DNA from: Candidatus Omnitrophota bacterium
Lineage (GTDB): Bacteria; Omnitrophota; Gorgyraeia; Gygaellales; Profunditerraquicolaceae
Reading direction: 5' to 3'
DNA: 64,000 bases
NCBI GenBank assembly: GCA_963805065.1
Contig: CAWDSS010000010.1
Location: forward strand, 83,696 to 147,695
Position 1 is the first letter of the stretch. Each line of letters opens with the position of its first letter. This document shows, piece after piece, positions 1-9,752 of this stretch. A program made the translations under genes and the position numbers. The notes beneath the pieces were generated by a model. That model ran no database searches. It saw only the letters and a list, made by a program, of their open reading frames with translations, and was not told the origin of the DNA.

Positions 1-391
1 CTGCGGAGGGTTTTAATTTTATCGTGATATAAGACTGTTTGAATGTCAACGTATGGAATTCACGGGGGTTATTGGGGTCATAGTCTTCAGCAGCGCCGTC
101 AATTAAATTAAACTTGATCGCATTTTTCTCAGGCATATATGTGTAATCGCCGCTTTTTGCTTTAAATCTCCTATTTTTACTGCTGACTTTTATGCCGTAG
201 AGCTTGTTACCTTCTACTTTATCTATCAGTACAGTATATGAGCCGAATTGCAAGGATCTGCCTGCTTTCAAAAATATTTTTCCCGTCAATGTAGTTATAA
301 TAGCGCCTCTAAAAATAAATAACGCTACACATGCCATAACAATAAGAATTATAGCCGATACTATTACAGAAACGGCCTGTTTATTTTTCAT
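1..391 (-). CDS. hypothetical membrane-anchored protein, N-terminal 130 codons only (gene runs off window start)
   Basis: Absent from the ORF track because it has no stop inside the window. ATG = rc of 389-391 and AGGAGG = rc of 401-406. Hand translation MKNKQAVSVIVSAIILIVMACVALFIFRG... stays open to nt 1. One N-terminal hydrophobic helix; co-oriented with neighbours. Confidence 0.5.
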   Translation of the reverse strand, partial: MKNKQAVSVIVSAIILIVMACVALFIFRGAIITTLTGKIFLKAGRSLQFGSYTVLIDKVEGNKLYGIKVSSKNRRFKAKSGDYTYMPEKNAIKFNLIDGAAEDYDPNNPREFHTLTFKQSYITIKLKPSA

Positions 392-433
392 TTAAACATA
401 CCTCCTGCCGCATTTTCCTTACTTAAAAACCGG

Positions 434-1159
434 TTATATTTTTGCGCCATTGGATAATTGCTCTCTGGTCAACTCACGCAAGCGCACAAAATCCTGCGGG
501 AGAAAACCAGAGGTGTCTATAGGAGAAAGTGCTTTTATGACACAGGAGATTTTTGTCGTGAATCGCCAGCTTCCTTTAGGAATAGCGTCTTTGGTCCCCT
601 CAATCCTGATGGGCAAAATAGGCACCCTCTCCTTTATGGCCAACTTAAATGCTCCGTTCTGGAATGTTCCCATTTCTTGATTATCGCTTCTGGTCCCTTC
701 GGGGAAAAATACAACTGACACGCCGTTACGCAGCCATTGGCTAGCTTCATTATATACCCTTCTTATACTTGAAAATTCTCCGCGCTCTAGCCTTATATGC
801 TTGGCAAGGCGCATATTCCATCCGAGTATGGGAATTTCAAAAAGGCTATTCTTTGCCACCCATTTGAACTGCATCCTTGTCTTATACATTAATACAATAT
901 CAGCTAAACTCTGATGATTCGATACTACAACATATTTCTTATGGTGGTCTATGTTCTCAAGGCCGCTGACTGTTACTTTCCAATAAGGATTTAAAGCAGT
1001 CACTGCATTAGTCCACCAAAAACACTGGGCATGCACAATCTTACGCTTCTTGTCAAAAGGATAGAGAATTATTGAAAAAAATGCCATGACAAAAAATAAT
1101 AACACAGTCAGGGCGATTCCCACAATCCATATGATTACAGACTGAATTGATTGTTTCAT
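434..1159 (-). CDS. plsC: 1-acyl-sn-glycerol-3-phosphate acyltransferase (PlsC/LPLAT family)
   Basis: 241 aa with an N-terminal TM helix. Acyltransferase motifs NHQSLADI (HX4D) and FPEGTRS. Confidence 0.85.
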   Translation of the reverse strand: MKQSIQSVIIWIVGIALTVLLFFVMAFFSIILYPFDKKRKIVHAQCFWWTNAVTALNPYWKVTVSGLENIDHHKKYVVVSNHQSLADIVLMYKTRMQFKWVAKNSLFEIPILGWNMRLAKHIRLERGEFSSIRRVYNEASQWLRNGVSVVFFPEGTRSDNQEMGTFQNGAFKLAIKERVPILPIRIEGTKDAIPKGSWRFTTKISCVIKALSPIDTSGFLPQDFVRLRELTREQLSNGAKI

Positions 1160-1175
1160 ATTTACATCCTATTCC

Positions 1176-1637
1176 CTAAATATCTCCGGTTTCGCGCACG
1201 CTAGCCCGAAGGAGTTTCTTTGCGCCATGGCGGCGCTTTAATTCAAGAATCTTCAATTTTGCCCGGCGGGACCTTTTTCGTTTCTGCCGGCGGATCTTCT
1301 CAACGCGCTTTTGTTCTGCAGAAAGTTTTCCGAGGATGGCATTCTCAATCTTCTTGAGCATAATCTGCCGGGCGCGATACCGATTCTGAGCCTGAGAACG
1401 CTCCTGCTGGCATTTGACTTCAATACCCGTAGGAAGATGGCGTAGATACACACAAGTGGAAACTTTATTTACATTCTGCCCCCCGGGGCCCTGTGCGCGG
1501 ATAAATTTCTCAACAATATCTTCTTCGCGTACGCCCAAGCGCGCCATCATCTCCTGCAACGACTTTTCCTTCTCCAACCCAACCATTTTTATTTTTGATT
1601 TAACCAGCGAGCCTAAGAAAAATAGGGGACGTTTCAC
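1176..1637 (-). CDS. arfB: ArfB-like ribosome-rescue factor / class-I release-factor GGQ-domain protein
   Basis: GGQ motif in GPGGQNVNKVST and a very basic C-terminal tail (RRQKRKRSRRAKLK). Size fits ArfB rather than RF1/RF2. Start uncertain: GTG at 1637, or internal ATGs at codons 18 or 30. Confidence 0.75.
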   Translation of the reverse strand: MKRPLFFLGSLVKSKIKMVGLEKEKSLQEMMARLGVREEDIVEKFIRAQGPGGQNVNKVSTCVYLRHLPTGIEVKCQQERSQAQNRYRARQIMLKKIENAILGKLSAEQKRVEKIRRQKRKRSRRAKLKILELKRRHGAKKLLRASVRETGDI

Positions 1638-1688
1638 TATTTTCCGATTTATACGAAAATATAGAAACGCCCCTCAAAATCTCTTCTT

Positions 1689-1853
1689 TTAACGGCCTTC
1701 GTTCTTGCGCTTTGAATAACAATCCTTGCAGTATATCGGACGATCATCTCTGGGTTTAAACGGGACTTCGCACTCTTTCTTGCATTCCGAGCAAATTGCC
1801 TTGTGCATCTCCCGTGGACCTCTGTCGTATCCACCGCCGCCTTGATATCCCAT
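1689..1853 (-). CDS. small zinc-ribbon protein (CxxC-x17-CxxC type)
   Basis: 54-aa ORF below the track cutoff, hand-translated: MGYQGGGGYDRGPREMHKAICSECKKECEVPFKPRDDRPIYCKDCYSKRKNEGR. GGAGG (rc of 1858-1862) lies 4 nt before the ATG. Two CxxC pairs are spaced 17 residues apart. Confidence 0.7.
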   Translation of the reverse strand: MGYQGGGGYDRGPREMHKAICSECKKECEVPFKPRDDRPIYCKDCYSKRKNEGR

Positions 1854-1865
1854 GCTACCTCCTTT

Positions 1866-2006
1866 TTAGTTTATTGAAGCCTGCTTTTGGTCCGCGCTGG
1901 CCTGTACGTTTTTTTTAGCCAGTTTGCTTTGTAGCTTTTCTTCTCTTTTCTTTTTCTGTGCTAATTCTTTCTGATACTTTTTATATGAATAATTATCCCT
2001 GGTCAC
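1866..2006 (-). CDS. possible 46-aa lysine-rich small protein
   Basis: GTG start (rc of 2004-2006) 5 nt after AAGGAGG (rc of 2012-2018). Translation VTRDNYSYKKYQKELAQKKKREEKLQSKLAKKNVQASADQKQASIN. No family recognised. Confidence 0.3.
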   Translation of the reverse strand: MTRDNYSYKKYQKELAQKKKREEKLQSKLAKKNVQASADQKQASIN

Positions 2007-2038
2007 AATACCCTCCTTAATCCCGCTTATGGGATGCT

Positions 2039-2067
2039 ATTATACCATATAATTATGATTTTAACAA
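2039..2067 (-). promoter_or_regulatory. sigma70-type promoter TTGTTA-17-TATAAT
   Basis: -35 = rc of 2062-2067 and -10 = rc of 2039-2044, with a 17-nt spacer. Lies upstream of the small-ORF pair at 1689-2006. Confidence 0.45.
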
Positions 2068-2295
2068 ACTTCCGTCTTTACTGGGGCTTCCGATTGAATC
2101 CTAAACCGTCCCTCTCTTTTCCGCTTTCCAATTGGCCTTCGCCTCTTGCCCCTGCATTGTTTCTAGACTGAGGCACATTTACGTTAATATGACGTTGGGG
2201 CGGCAGTATGGAAAGGCACCTGATTGATAACTTGATTGTTTACTATTCTGATAATAGTCTTCTTCATATGCTGATCATCCTTTCTAATTATACAT

Positions 2296-2877
2296 TTATA
2301 ATTTTCCATACACCTTTTTTATCAGCCAAGACATATTTTTACCCAATATGCTCATCGTCAATAACCCCTCTTCGTCTTTTTCCACCTCTCCGATTTCGCG
2401 CCCTACTCCTATATTCCAATACGAAGATCCGACAGTTATCATTTGTCCTATCGTAAAGAAATGGTTTAGAGTATCAAATGCATGGATTGCGCCTGAGCGC
2501 CTGACCGCAACAACTGCAGCACCGATCTTTCGCTTAAACATTTCGCCATTCGCCCGGGAAACGAATCCCGCACGCTCGATTAAGGCTTTGATCTGTGCCG
2601 TACAATCGGCAAAATAGGTAGGCGAGCCTAAGATGATGCCTTCTGCCTGCTCCATTTTTTCGATACACTCGTTTACTATGTCATCGGTTACCGCGCAGCG
2701 CTTGTTTTTGGCCAAGAAACATTTATAACAGGCGATACAACCCTGGATCTTTTCTCCGGCAAGCTGGACGAGCTCAGTCTTAATGCCTTCTTTTTTAAGC
2801 TCCTTAAATACATGCTTTATCAAGATAGCGGTATTTCCATCCTTGCGTGCACTCCCGTTAAAGGCAACAACTTTCAT
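2296..2877 (-). CDS. flavodoxin-fold NAD(P)H-dependent FMN reductase / iron-sulfur flavoprotein-like
   Basis: 193 aa. N-terminus MKVVAFNGSARKDGNT and the cysteine cluster CIACYKC...C are typical of Isf-like flavoproteins. Confidence 0.8.
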   Translation of the reverse strand: MKVVAFNGSARKDGNTAILIKHVFKELKKEGIKTELVQLAGEKIQGCIACYKCFLAKNKRCAVTDDIVNECIEKMEQAEGIILGSPTYFADCTAQIKALIERAGFVSRANGEMFKRKIGAAVVAVRRSGAIHAFDTLNHFFTIGQMITVGSSYWNIGVGREIGEVEKDEEGLLTMSILGKNMSWLIKKVYGKL

Positions 2878-2996
2878 TGCATAACCTCCTTACAAATATA
2901 CGTACGCTACAATTTCTTTAATTATAGCATTAGTAAATTAAAATGCAACTTACTGTTTAGAGTGGTCTTTCCTCTATTTGTACGTATATCGTGCGT

Positions 2997-3473
2997 TTAT
3001 TTTTCTAGCGGAGAATTAAGCTTAAGCGTAAGGAGGGAACTATTCTTGGAGTTTTCCAGCCTGACCTCAGATGGCGAAATATCAGTGACCTGCCAGTCGC
3101 CGATCTTAGCGTTTTTCTCCACTAACCTCCCGTTAATTATGGCTGAAGGGGATTCAGCGTTGTATATAATCCCCTTAAGGGAAAAATCCAGACCGTAGGC
3201 ATTATTGCTGTTAATGCCCACAGTATCCTGAGAAACAGGATTAATGACCTGCTGGCTGTTACCGGCTTTTTCTGTAACTGACTGCTGTATCAAATTATTT
3301 TTGCTTCTAAAAAATAACAATAGAACCAAAACGCTAAAAAGAAACAAAAGCCCCGTAGCTAAATAAAGCCAAGCACTCAGGCTCTTTTTTTGCCGTATAG
3401 GTGCTTGCGGGTTTTCACCCTCCCTCATTCCCTTTTTTTCCAAAACTTTTAAATAATCATATAAGATGCTCAT
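2997..3473 (-). CDS. GspB/PilP-like membrane protein of the pilus/secretion cluster
   Basis: 158 aa with one TM helix. The C-terminal motif KGIIYNAESPSAIINGRLVEKNAKIGDWQVTDISPSEVRLEN is shared with ORF 5909-6376. Overlaps the stop of the ExeA-like gene (ATGA). Confidence 0.5.
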   Translation of the reverse strand: MSILYDYLKVLEKKGMREGENPQAPIRQKKSLSAWLYLATGLLFLFSVLVLLLFFRSKNNLIQQSVTEKAGNSQQVINPVSQDTVGINSNNAYGLDFSLKGIIYNAESPSAIINGRLVEKNAKIGDWQVTDISPSEVRLENSKNSSLLTLKLNSPLEK

Positions 3474-4273
3474 CTGACCTCTTCAATACATGTTGAAAAT
3501 ATCTCTTCGGTTAAAACCTTTTCCTGACGGATAAAACCCAGGATGAGCGCCCGTTCGCAAAGGATATTGATTAGGCGGGGGATACCTTTCGAAAATTCAT
3601 AAATCATCTTATAGGCCTCAGGCGGGATAATCACCTTGCCGTAACCTGCCTTATGCAGCCTAAAATCAATATAGTCTTTAACCTCATATTCCAGGAGCGC
3701 AGTGAGCCGATGCTTAACCACTATTCTTTGGTAAATCTGCCTTAATTCATGCTGGCTGATTTTTTCTTGCAACTCCGGCTGGCCGACTAAAACAATCTGC
3801 AGGAGTTTTTCTTCTTTAGTCTCCAGGTTCGAAAGCAGCCTGATTTGCTCCAGCTGACGATCGCTAAGATCCTGAGCCTCATCGATAACCAGAACTGCGT
3901 TGCCGTTATTCAAGTTTAAACCCATCAAAAAAGCATTGATGGCCTTAACAATATCCAGCCGGTCTGTGTTTACCACCAAGCCGAAATCCTCAGCTATCGC
4001 CTTAAGCAGTTGAACCTCGCTGAAATAGGGGTTAAGGATCAGGGAAATCTTTACCTCAGTAGGCAGCTTATTGAAAAGCGCCTTGCAGAGCGTAGTCTTA
4101 CCAGTGCCCACCTCTCCCGTAATCATAATTATGCCCTTTCTCTCATGGATACCGAATAATAACGAAGAAATGGCCTCCTGGTGAGAACGGCTCTCAAAAA
4201 AGAAATCCGGATTACTGGTGACATTAAAGGCGGACCTTTTTAATTCGTAGAAATTCAGAAAATCAAGATACAT
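3470..4273 (-). CDS. ExeA/GspA/MshM-family AAA ATPase
   Basis: 267 aa. Walker A GEVGTGKTT and Walker B LVIDEAQ. Sits next to the secretin, as in ExeAB/Msh systems. Confidence 0.85.
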   Translation of the reverse strand: MYLDFLNFYELKRSAFNVTSNPDFFFESRSHQEAISSLLFGIHERKGIIMITGEVGTGKTTLCKALFNKLPTEVKISLILNPYFSEVQLLKAIAEDFGLVVNTDRLDIVKAINAFLMGLNLNNGNAVLVIDEAQDLSDRQLEQIRLLSNLETKEEKLLQIVLVGQPELQEKISQHELRQIYQRIVVKHRLTALLEYEVKDYIDFRLHKAGYGKVIIPPEAYKMIYEFSKGIPRLINILCERALILGFIRQEKVLTEEIFSTCIEEVR

Positions 4274-4275
4274 GT

Positions 4276-5877
4276 TTATTTATTAAAATTGTGCTTGGCT
4301 TTATCCTTGTTTTCATCCAGTTGCTCATTGAGCTGTTCTTTAAGTTTATTCGTTCCCAAAACCTCTTGCGGTAAAACTTCCCCCGGCTTAACAATCTTGG
4401 CGGTGATGAAAATCATAAGATCGGTTTTGCTGTTGTCCTTTGTAGTCCGCTTAAAAAGATTACCTAGCAAGGGTATCTTGCTTAAGAAAGGGATCCCTAT
4501 GTCTTCTTGGCTTTTTACGTTCTTAAGCAACCCGCCCATGACAATAGATTCTCCGTCTTTAAGCAGCATCTGAGTCACTGCTTCCCTGGTATCGACAATG
4601 GGATACGAAACCAAGGTTGTAGCAGAAGCCCCGCTACCGCTTTTAACGTCAACCGTCTTAGTATAGCTGGATACAACAGGGTGAACCAGTAAATTTATGT
4701 ATTCGTCATTAGCACCGCAGATCTGCGGCCTGACCTGCAGTTGTATGCCTATATTTAAATACTGCTGTAATGAACCGCCTACAATGTAGGAACTCTCAGT
4801 ACTGGTGGAAGTTTGGATTATAGGAAACTGCGTCCCGATTAAAATTGAGGCTAATTGATTATTAGCGGCCAGTATAATGGGCTTAGAGAGCGTGTTGGTG
4901 CGGACATCCTCCTCTAGGGCGTGCACGAGCACTTGAAGTTTGGATCCGGCAAGTTGCTGGAATAAAACCTGAAGTCCCGCCTTATAAGGGTATGTCCCCG
5001 GAAAATTAGCGGTTCCCTCAACTGGATTAAAGACGCTGGGTGTAATATTATTTCCGCCGAAAGCTATATTACTACCAGCAATAGTGCCGCCGGAGCCCGC
5101 CGGGACTGGCGAAGGAGTACCTGTGGCGCCATTGGCACCTGTGCCCCATTCAAAACCAATATCTCTAAGCGTATCCCGGTCTACCTCCATAATAATCGCC
5201 TGGATCAAGATCTGCTTGGGCATGACATCTAATTCGCTCAATGTAGTACTTATCTGGTCGAGCTTATCCTGCGTATCATAAACAACTAAAATTTTAGAAT
5301 GGCTGGGCGTAGTTTGCGTCATTGTCCCGCTTAGTGTATTCATGTTTGCCGTAGTAGCCGATGTGCCGGATGTATTATTCGTAGGCGCAGTTACGGAAGA
5401 TGACGCTCCTATTAAATCCGATATCTTATCTTCGGATACACTCAAAACAGAAACTTTTCCCTCTGGAGAAAGAAGTGGCGTAATAAAAGCTTTGGCAACG
5501 TCGGCATACAAGTATTTAAATTTAAATAATTCCATCTTTAAGCCGGTTTGAGAGGCTTGAGCTTGCGCTCCGGATACAGTGATTACATCTCCGCGCTGCG
5601 TATAGCTATAGTTGTAAGTCTTAAGGATAATCTTTAATGCCGTGCGCCAGTCTATATTCTTTAGGTCAATGGAAACAAGGCCTTCTATTTCCGGGGTGGT
5701 GATAATATTAATGTTTTCCCCTTCTTTATTGGCCTCTTCGGCAATCGCCCGTAAAACCATCTGGATATCCGTATCTTTAAATTTCAGTGATTCGATGTAC
5801 CCTGTTGCGGCAGAAATACGAGAATAACATAAAGATAAAACCAAGGCCACTCCTGCTATAATTCTATATTTATTCAT
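4276..5877 (-). CDS. secretin (PilQ/GspD/MshL family)
   Basis: 533 aa with a signal peptide. C-terminal secretin signature GIPFLSKIPLLGNLFKRT...DLMIFITAKIV. Confidence 0.85.
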   Translation of the reverse strand: MNKYRIIAGVALVLSLCYSRISAATGYIESLKFKDTDIQMVLRAIAEEANKEGENINIITTPEIEGLVSIDLKNIDWRTALKIILKTYNYSYTQRGDVITVSGAQAQASQTGLKMELFKFKYLYADVAKAFITPLLSPEGKVSVLSVSEDKISDLIGASSSVTAPTNNTSGTSATTANMNTLSGTMTQTTPSHSKILVVYDTQDKLDQISTTLSELDVMPKQILIQAIIMEVDRDTLRDIGFEWGTGANGATGTPSPVPAGSGGTIAGSNIAFGGNNITPSVFNPVEGTANFPGTYPYKAGLQVLFQQLAGSKLQVLVHALEEDVRTNTLSKPIILAANNQLASILIGTQFPIIQTSTSTESSYIVGGSLQQYLNIGIQLQVRPQICGANDEYINLLVHPVVSSYTKTVDVKSGSGASATTLVSYPIVDTREAVTQMLLKDGESIVMGGLLKNVKSQEDIGIPFLSKIPLLGNLFKRTTKDNSKTDLMIFITAKIVKPGEVLPQEVLGTNKLKEQLNEQLDENKDKAKHNFNK

Positions 5878-5908
5878 TTATTTCCTCCGTCTTTCGTCAT
5901 CAAAAGAA

Positions 5909-6376
5909 TTACTGGCTTAATTTCAACTCTAATCTTGAAACTCCATTCTCCAGGATTACGCTTTCCCGCAGAATCCTCACGACCTTAAATCCCTCGATAA
6001 TTTCTCCCACCTTCAAAACACGGTCATTTATCACCGCAGAAGGATTATCCGGATCCCAAATTATACCTTTAAGAAACAAATCCGAAGCAGGGATCGCTTG
6101 TGTTTCTCCTGATAAACCAAAGGAAAAAGGATCGCGTTTTATCTCAATTATCTCACCGGCAGCCTTATCCAAAACAAATGACGTTCCTTTATTACGTTGG
6201 GGATCAAACATAAAATGCCGGCTTAAGGAAAACTTATCGGGTAAACCGCGCCGTGAAACCGCAGCTAAACCTTTGCCCCGTTGGCTAAAGGCAATGACCA
6301 GCGCGATAAAGAAAATGATTAAAATAACCGTGATGGCTAACTCAATCCTGTCTTTCTTGTTTAATCTTTCCATCAT
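5909..6376 (-). CDS. PilP/GspB-like membrane protein
   Basis: 155 aa with an N-terminal TM helix. C-terminal KGIIWDPDNPSAVINDRVLKVGEIIEGFKVVRILRESVILENG is paralogous to ORF 2997-3473. Lies immediately upstream of the secretin. Confidence 0.5.
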   Translation of the reverse strand: MMERLNKKDRIELAITVILIIFFIALVIAFSQRGKGLAAVSRRGLPDKFSLSRHFMFDPQRNKGTSFVLDKAAGEIIEIKRDPFSFGLSGETQAIPASDLFLKGIIWDPDNPSAVINDRVLKVGEIIEGFKVVRILRESVILENGVSRLELKLSQ

Positions 6377-6996
6377 AATAAACCGTAGAACCTTAACTCC
6401 ATAACTACTTTTAATCTATCCGAGTTTCTTTTATCTTTATCAATTTTCAGCCATTCCACCGAAACACAGGTTGGCGCGACCCGATAAAGCGTATCGAAGT
6501 ACCGTGCAAGATTTTCGTATCCAGCCTCTGCCTCAACTACTACTGCCAGGGTACTGACAGGACGGCAGTTAAATAACACAACGTTAGTGTCATTGTGCCT
6601 TGGTTGCTGTTCGGCATCCGTCACGATATTAACTATGCGTATATTCATTCTCTGTGCGTAATCCTTGACCGCTTGAAGAATATTCTGCCTTGTGGGCAGC
6701 ATTATCAACCGATGAGATACCTGAGCCTGCTGCTTTAAAAGGTTGATAACCTCTTGTTCTGACTTAACCTTGGGTAAAAGGTTCTTCGCCAACGAGGACT
6801 GTTCTTCCCAGTATAAAGTATCAGCTTTCAGGCGACGGATGGCGTTGCGGCTAAGAAAATAAGTTAAAGACAATATTAAAATAAGAGCCGAAAACACGAT
6901 TCTCTTCTTCTGGCTATGGTATATTGCCAGAAGGCCGGTTTTCTTAACCTTATCTATCCAGTTTAATATTAGCTGGCTTAATATTTTAATTTGCAT
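6373..6996 (-). CDS. PilO-like pilus assembly protein
   Basis: 207 aa: TM helix, then a predicted coiled segment, then a small C-terminal domain. Positioned between the PilMN-like and PilP-like genes. Assigned by architecture and synteny only. Confidence 0.45.
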   Translation of the reverse strand: MQIKILSQLILNWIDKVKKTGLLAIYHSQKKRIVFSALILILSLTYFLSRNAIRRLKADTLYWEEQSSLAKNLLPKVKSEQEVINLLKQQAQVSHRLIMLPTRQNILQAVKDYAQRMNIRIVNIVTDAEQQPRHNDTNVVLFNCRPVSTLAVVVEAEAGYENLARYFDTLYRVAPTCVSVEWLKIDKDKRNSDRLKVVMELRFYGLL

Positions 6997-8561
6997 TTTA
7001 TTTTAAATACACTGTCTGTATTATTAAGGGTTTTAAGGCCCGAAAAATAATCTGAGGCCTTAAGTTTGCCGACAAAAACATCTATGTCTTGAGCCTGGCG
7101 CACATCTCCTTGAAGAGTCAATTCGCCGCGGTATTGATCCAATTCCAATTCACTTAAACACAAGCCATCCGGGATAGACTGGCTGAGAAAATTTAAGAGC
7201 GCATCCGCAGTTACCCGCTGCAACAAAACCTCGTAATTCAATTCATTCCTAAGGCGCACTTTTTCAAAGAAAGAAAAAAGCAGCTTTTTGTCATTAAAAT
7301 AGCTTTTCGCCTTTTTTAGGCGATAGCTAAAGACCGGAAGTGTAAGCACAGAAATAAACATAAAGGATAGAATTAATACGCCTATAGCAGAAATAAGCGG
7401 CTTCAGGCGTTTTATCAGAACATCCTTTATCCAACGCATCCTTACGTCACCAGCCAAAAGGCTGACTCCGCGGCTGGCCAATAGAACCGCTCCTGCACAA
7501 CTTATCAATTGACCGCGGTCCCTTGCCAGCCTATCCGGTTGAATGCGGCTAGTGTCCAGGATGTCAGGAAAAGGAAGGCTGGAAACGGGAAACCCCAGTT
7601 CCTTAGCCAAATAACTATTCAGATTTTTAAGATTCGCGCCAAAACCGGAAATATAAATAATCTGCGGCTGTGCTTCTTCCAGGTGAGAAATAAAATAAGT
7701 TATCGAATGTTTGATTTCCCTAACCAAACTTTCCAAAACAGGACGGATTAAAGAAAGAATCTGGGTAGCCTGGAGGTTATCCTGAATTATAATGGATTCG
7801 TCATCGGGAATTCCGACTTTATCCCTGATCTCCTCGGCCTGGCTTAAACTTAATTCCACCTTGCCTCTGTTAGACATCAAGGTGCCGATTAATGAGCGCG
7901 TAAAATTTTCTACTGAAACCGGAAGATAGCGGGTAAAATGCAGCTTCTTGTCGATATATAAATTGAGTGCAGAATCCAGGTACTCTAAATCCAGGACTAT
8001 TTCAGAAGCAACGGTTTTATCGTCTGCTATCCCTTTTAAAATATCGGCGTAATTAAGGGGGCTTGTGACAATGGCTGAGGCGCGCAGATTGCACTCAGAC
8101 AAACAGGCAAGATAATTTTCCACAGCCTCTTTACGGCTAAAGGCAAAGATAATACCCTGTTGGCGCGCCCCCTGCTCATCGGTGAGTTCCTTGACCACCG
8201 TCCAGTCAGAATAGGCATCCTTCAGGTCAAAATGCACCTCGTCTTTAAGCTGCCAGACGGCCGCGCTTAAAATCTCCTTATGCTCCAAAACCGGCAACAG
8301 GCAATATTTTATGGACACCGAATCCGGGTCCGCAATGCTTAAAATCGCCTCTTTTACTGAGAGGGATTTCTCTTTAAGAAAGGTACGGATCGAATTTACG
8401 ATCTGGGCTTTAGGGTCTGGCTGCGGCTCTAATCTCTCTAAAGCGTAATTGGTAAGCTCCAGCTTTGAAGAAGAGCGTAAAAAAGAGGCAATTTTAAAAC
8501 TCGCCCTGCTTACCTCAATCACTAAGACGCATTTTCGCTGATTTATTAAGAATCTAGCCAT
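6978..8561 (-). CDS. PilM-PilN-like fusion (cytoplasmic actin-like domain + TM + periplasmic domain)
   Basis: 527 aa: ~380-aa cytoplasmic part, a TM helix (LISAIGVLILSFMFISVLTLPVF), then ~110 aa periplasmic. Position in the operon fits PilM/PilN. Confidence 0.6.
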   Translation of the reverse strand: MARFLINQRKCVLVIEVSRASFKIASFLRSSSKLELTNYALERLEPQPDPKAQIVNSIRTFLKEKSLSVKEAILSIADPDSVSIKYCLLPVLEHKEILSAAVWQLKDEVHFDLKDAYSDWTVVKELTDEQGARQQGIIFAFSRKEAVENYLACLSECNLRASAIVTSPLNYADILKGIADDKTVASEIVLDLEYLDSALNLYIDKKLHFTRYLPVSVENFTRSLIGTLMSNRGKVELSLSQAEEIRDKVGIPDDESIIIQDNLQATQILSLIRPVLESLVREIKHSITYFISHLEEAQPQIIYISGFGANLKNLNSYLAKELGFPVSSLPFPDILDTSRIQPDRLARDRGQLISCAGAVLLASRGVSLLAGDVRMRWIKDVLIKRLKPLISAIGVLILSFMFISVLTLPVFSYRLKKAKSYFNDKKLLFSFFEKVRLRNELNYEVLLQRVTADALLNFLSQSIPDGLCLSELELDQYRGELTLQGDVRQAQDIDVFVGKLKASDYFSGLKTLNNTDSVFKIKCKLKY

Positions 8562-8787
8562 GCTTTTTTATTATGCAGTACACTAAAAAGAAACAGGTCA
8601 GTGAAAGTAAGATACAGGATATCCCTACCCCGGCATGTAACCGTAACATAAGCTCATCAATAGAAGCTGTTACCTTATTAGATGCTTTGTTAAAACTAAT
8701 ATTCAGTTTAGCTAATTTCTCCGGAAAGAATAAAAAAAGAACTCCTGCAGCTAAAGAAACTACCCCGAAACAAATAAGTATTAACAT
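8554..8787 (-). CDS. small two-TM membrane protein
   Basis: 77 aa, hydrophobic. Overlaps the PilMN start by 8 nt. No family recognised. Confidence 0.35.
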   Translation of the reverse strand: MLILICFGVVSLAAGVLFLFFPEKLAKLNISFNKASNKVTASIDELMLRLHAGVGISCILLSLTCFFLVYCIIKKHG

Positions 8788-8811
8788 ATCTCTCCTCCTT
8801 TTTATTAAAAT

Positions 8812-9348
8812 TTAATGAACCGCAATGCTCGTACTTTGAGCTGATTGGCCCTGCCAATCTTGAAAAGACCCGGTGCCGGTTGAAGCAATCAGATTAATTG
8901 CAATTCTTCGCACATTCGCCGCAGTAGAAGTAACACTCTCATTGGCATCATAATAGGTAAATAACGCTCCACTTTGGCCAACAATTTTTATCCCAGGATA
9001 GTAAGGAATCTGCACTTGTGCTCCGCCGTTAATCGAACGGTAAAGTATGTTCGTTGCGGTATTTAGCGTATAATTTATGCTTTGGCCGGCTTGATTGGTA
9101 AAAGTAAAATTGTTATTACTCGTAATACCGGTTACTGCTTGGATAAAACGCAAGCCCTTGGCAGTGTTATCTCCTTCAACCATAATTTTTAGGGCTTCGT
9201 TTGCAGCCATATCCGTATTCAGCTGATTCGGGATATATACTGAGTTTTGCACAAAATAAATCATCAACCAAGCCCCAGAAACAGAAAGTATGCCGATGAT
9301 AACTATTACCATGATTAATTCGATTATGGTAAAGGCTTTTTTGCCCAT
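8812..9348 (-). CDS. minor (pseudo)pilin, prepilin-type N-terminal methylation domain
   Basis: N-terminus MGKKAFTIIELIMVIVIIGIL (G/F-T-x-I-E-L class III signal). Confidence 0.8.
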   Translation of the reverse strand: MGKKAFTIIELIMVIVIIGILSVSGAWLMIYFVQNSVYIPNQLNTDMAANEALKIMVEGDNTAKGLRFIQAVTGITSNNNFTFTNQAGQSINYTLNTATNILYRSINGGAQVQIPYYPGIKIVGQSGALFTYYDANESVTSTAANVRRIAINLIASTGTGSFQDWQGQSAQSTSIAVH

Positions 9349-9350
9349 AT

Positions 9351-9752
9351 TTATATATAGGTTGTTACGTTTTTAGCAATATAAGTAGTCAAACTAGCCA
9401 GCACGGTCGCGCTTCCTGCTTGTGTTACACTAACCGTAATCTGTTTCAAGCTTTCCGTCGAACTGGCAGTTCCCTGCGCATAAGTCACAGTACGGGTAAC
9501 ATTATAGGCATAACCGTTATAGTTGGAAAAACTTGCACTCGAGATATTCGCGTAAGCCAGATTATTCACTTTTTCCATTTCAAATCGTGCCAGGTTAATA
9601 GCTGTAGTATAGGCTCCGGATTGAACTGTGCCTTGGACCTGCGCAGTGAGGGAAAGCGATAGCGGCAGGGCAATCAATCCCACTACCACTATAGTCATAA
9701 TCAGCTCGATTAAAGTGAATCCCTTACGCCTGGTTATGGATATTAACTGCAT
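9351..9752 (-). CDS. minor (pseudo)pilin
   Basis: N-terminus ...RRKGFTLIELIMTIVVVGLIA. Confidence 0.8.
   Translation of the reverse strand: MQLISITRRKGFTLIELIMTIVVVGLIALPLSLSLTAQVQGTVQSGAYTTAINLARFEMEKVNNLAYANISSASFSNYNGYAYNVTRTVTYAQGTASSTESLKQITVSVTQAGSATVLASLTTYIAKNVTTYI

Noticed and set aside
1649-1834. 61-aa track ORF (MDTTEVHGRCTRQ...)
   Set aside because: It overlaps, in a different frame, the 54-aa CxxC-x17-CxxC ORF, which has a strong RBS and a recognisable zinc-ribbon pattern. The 61-aa product is Arg-rich and low in complexity.
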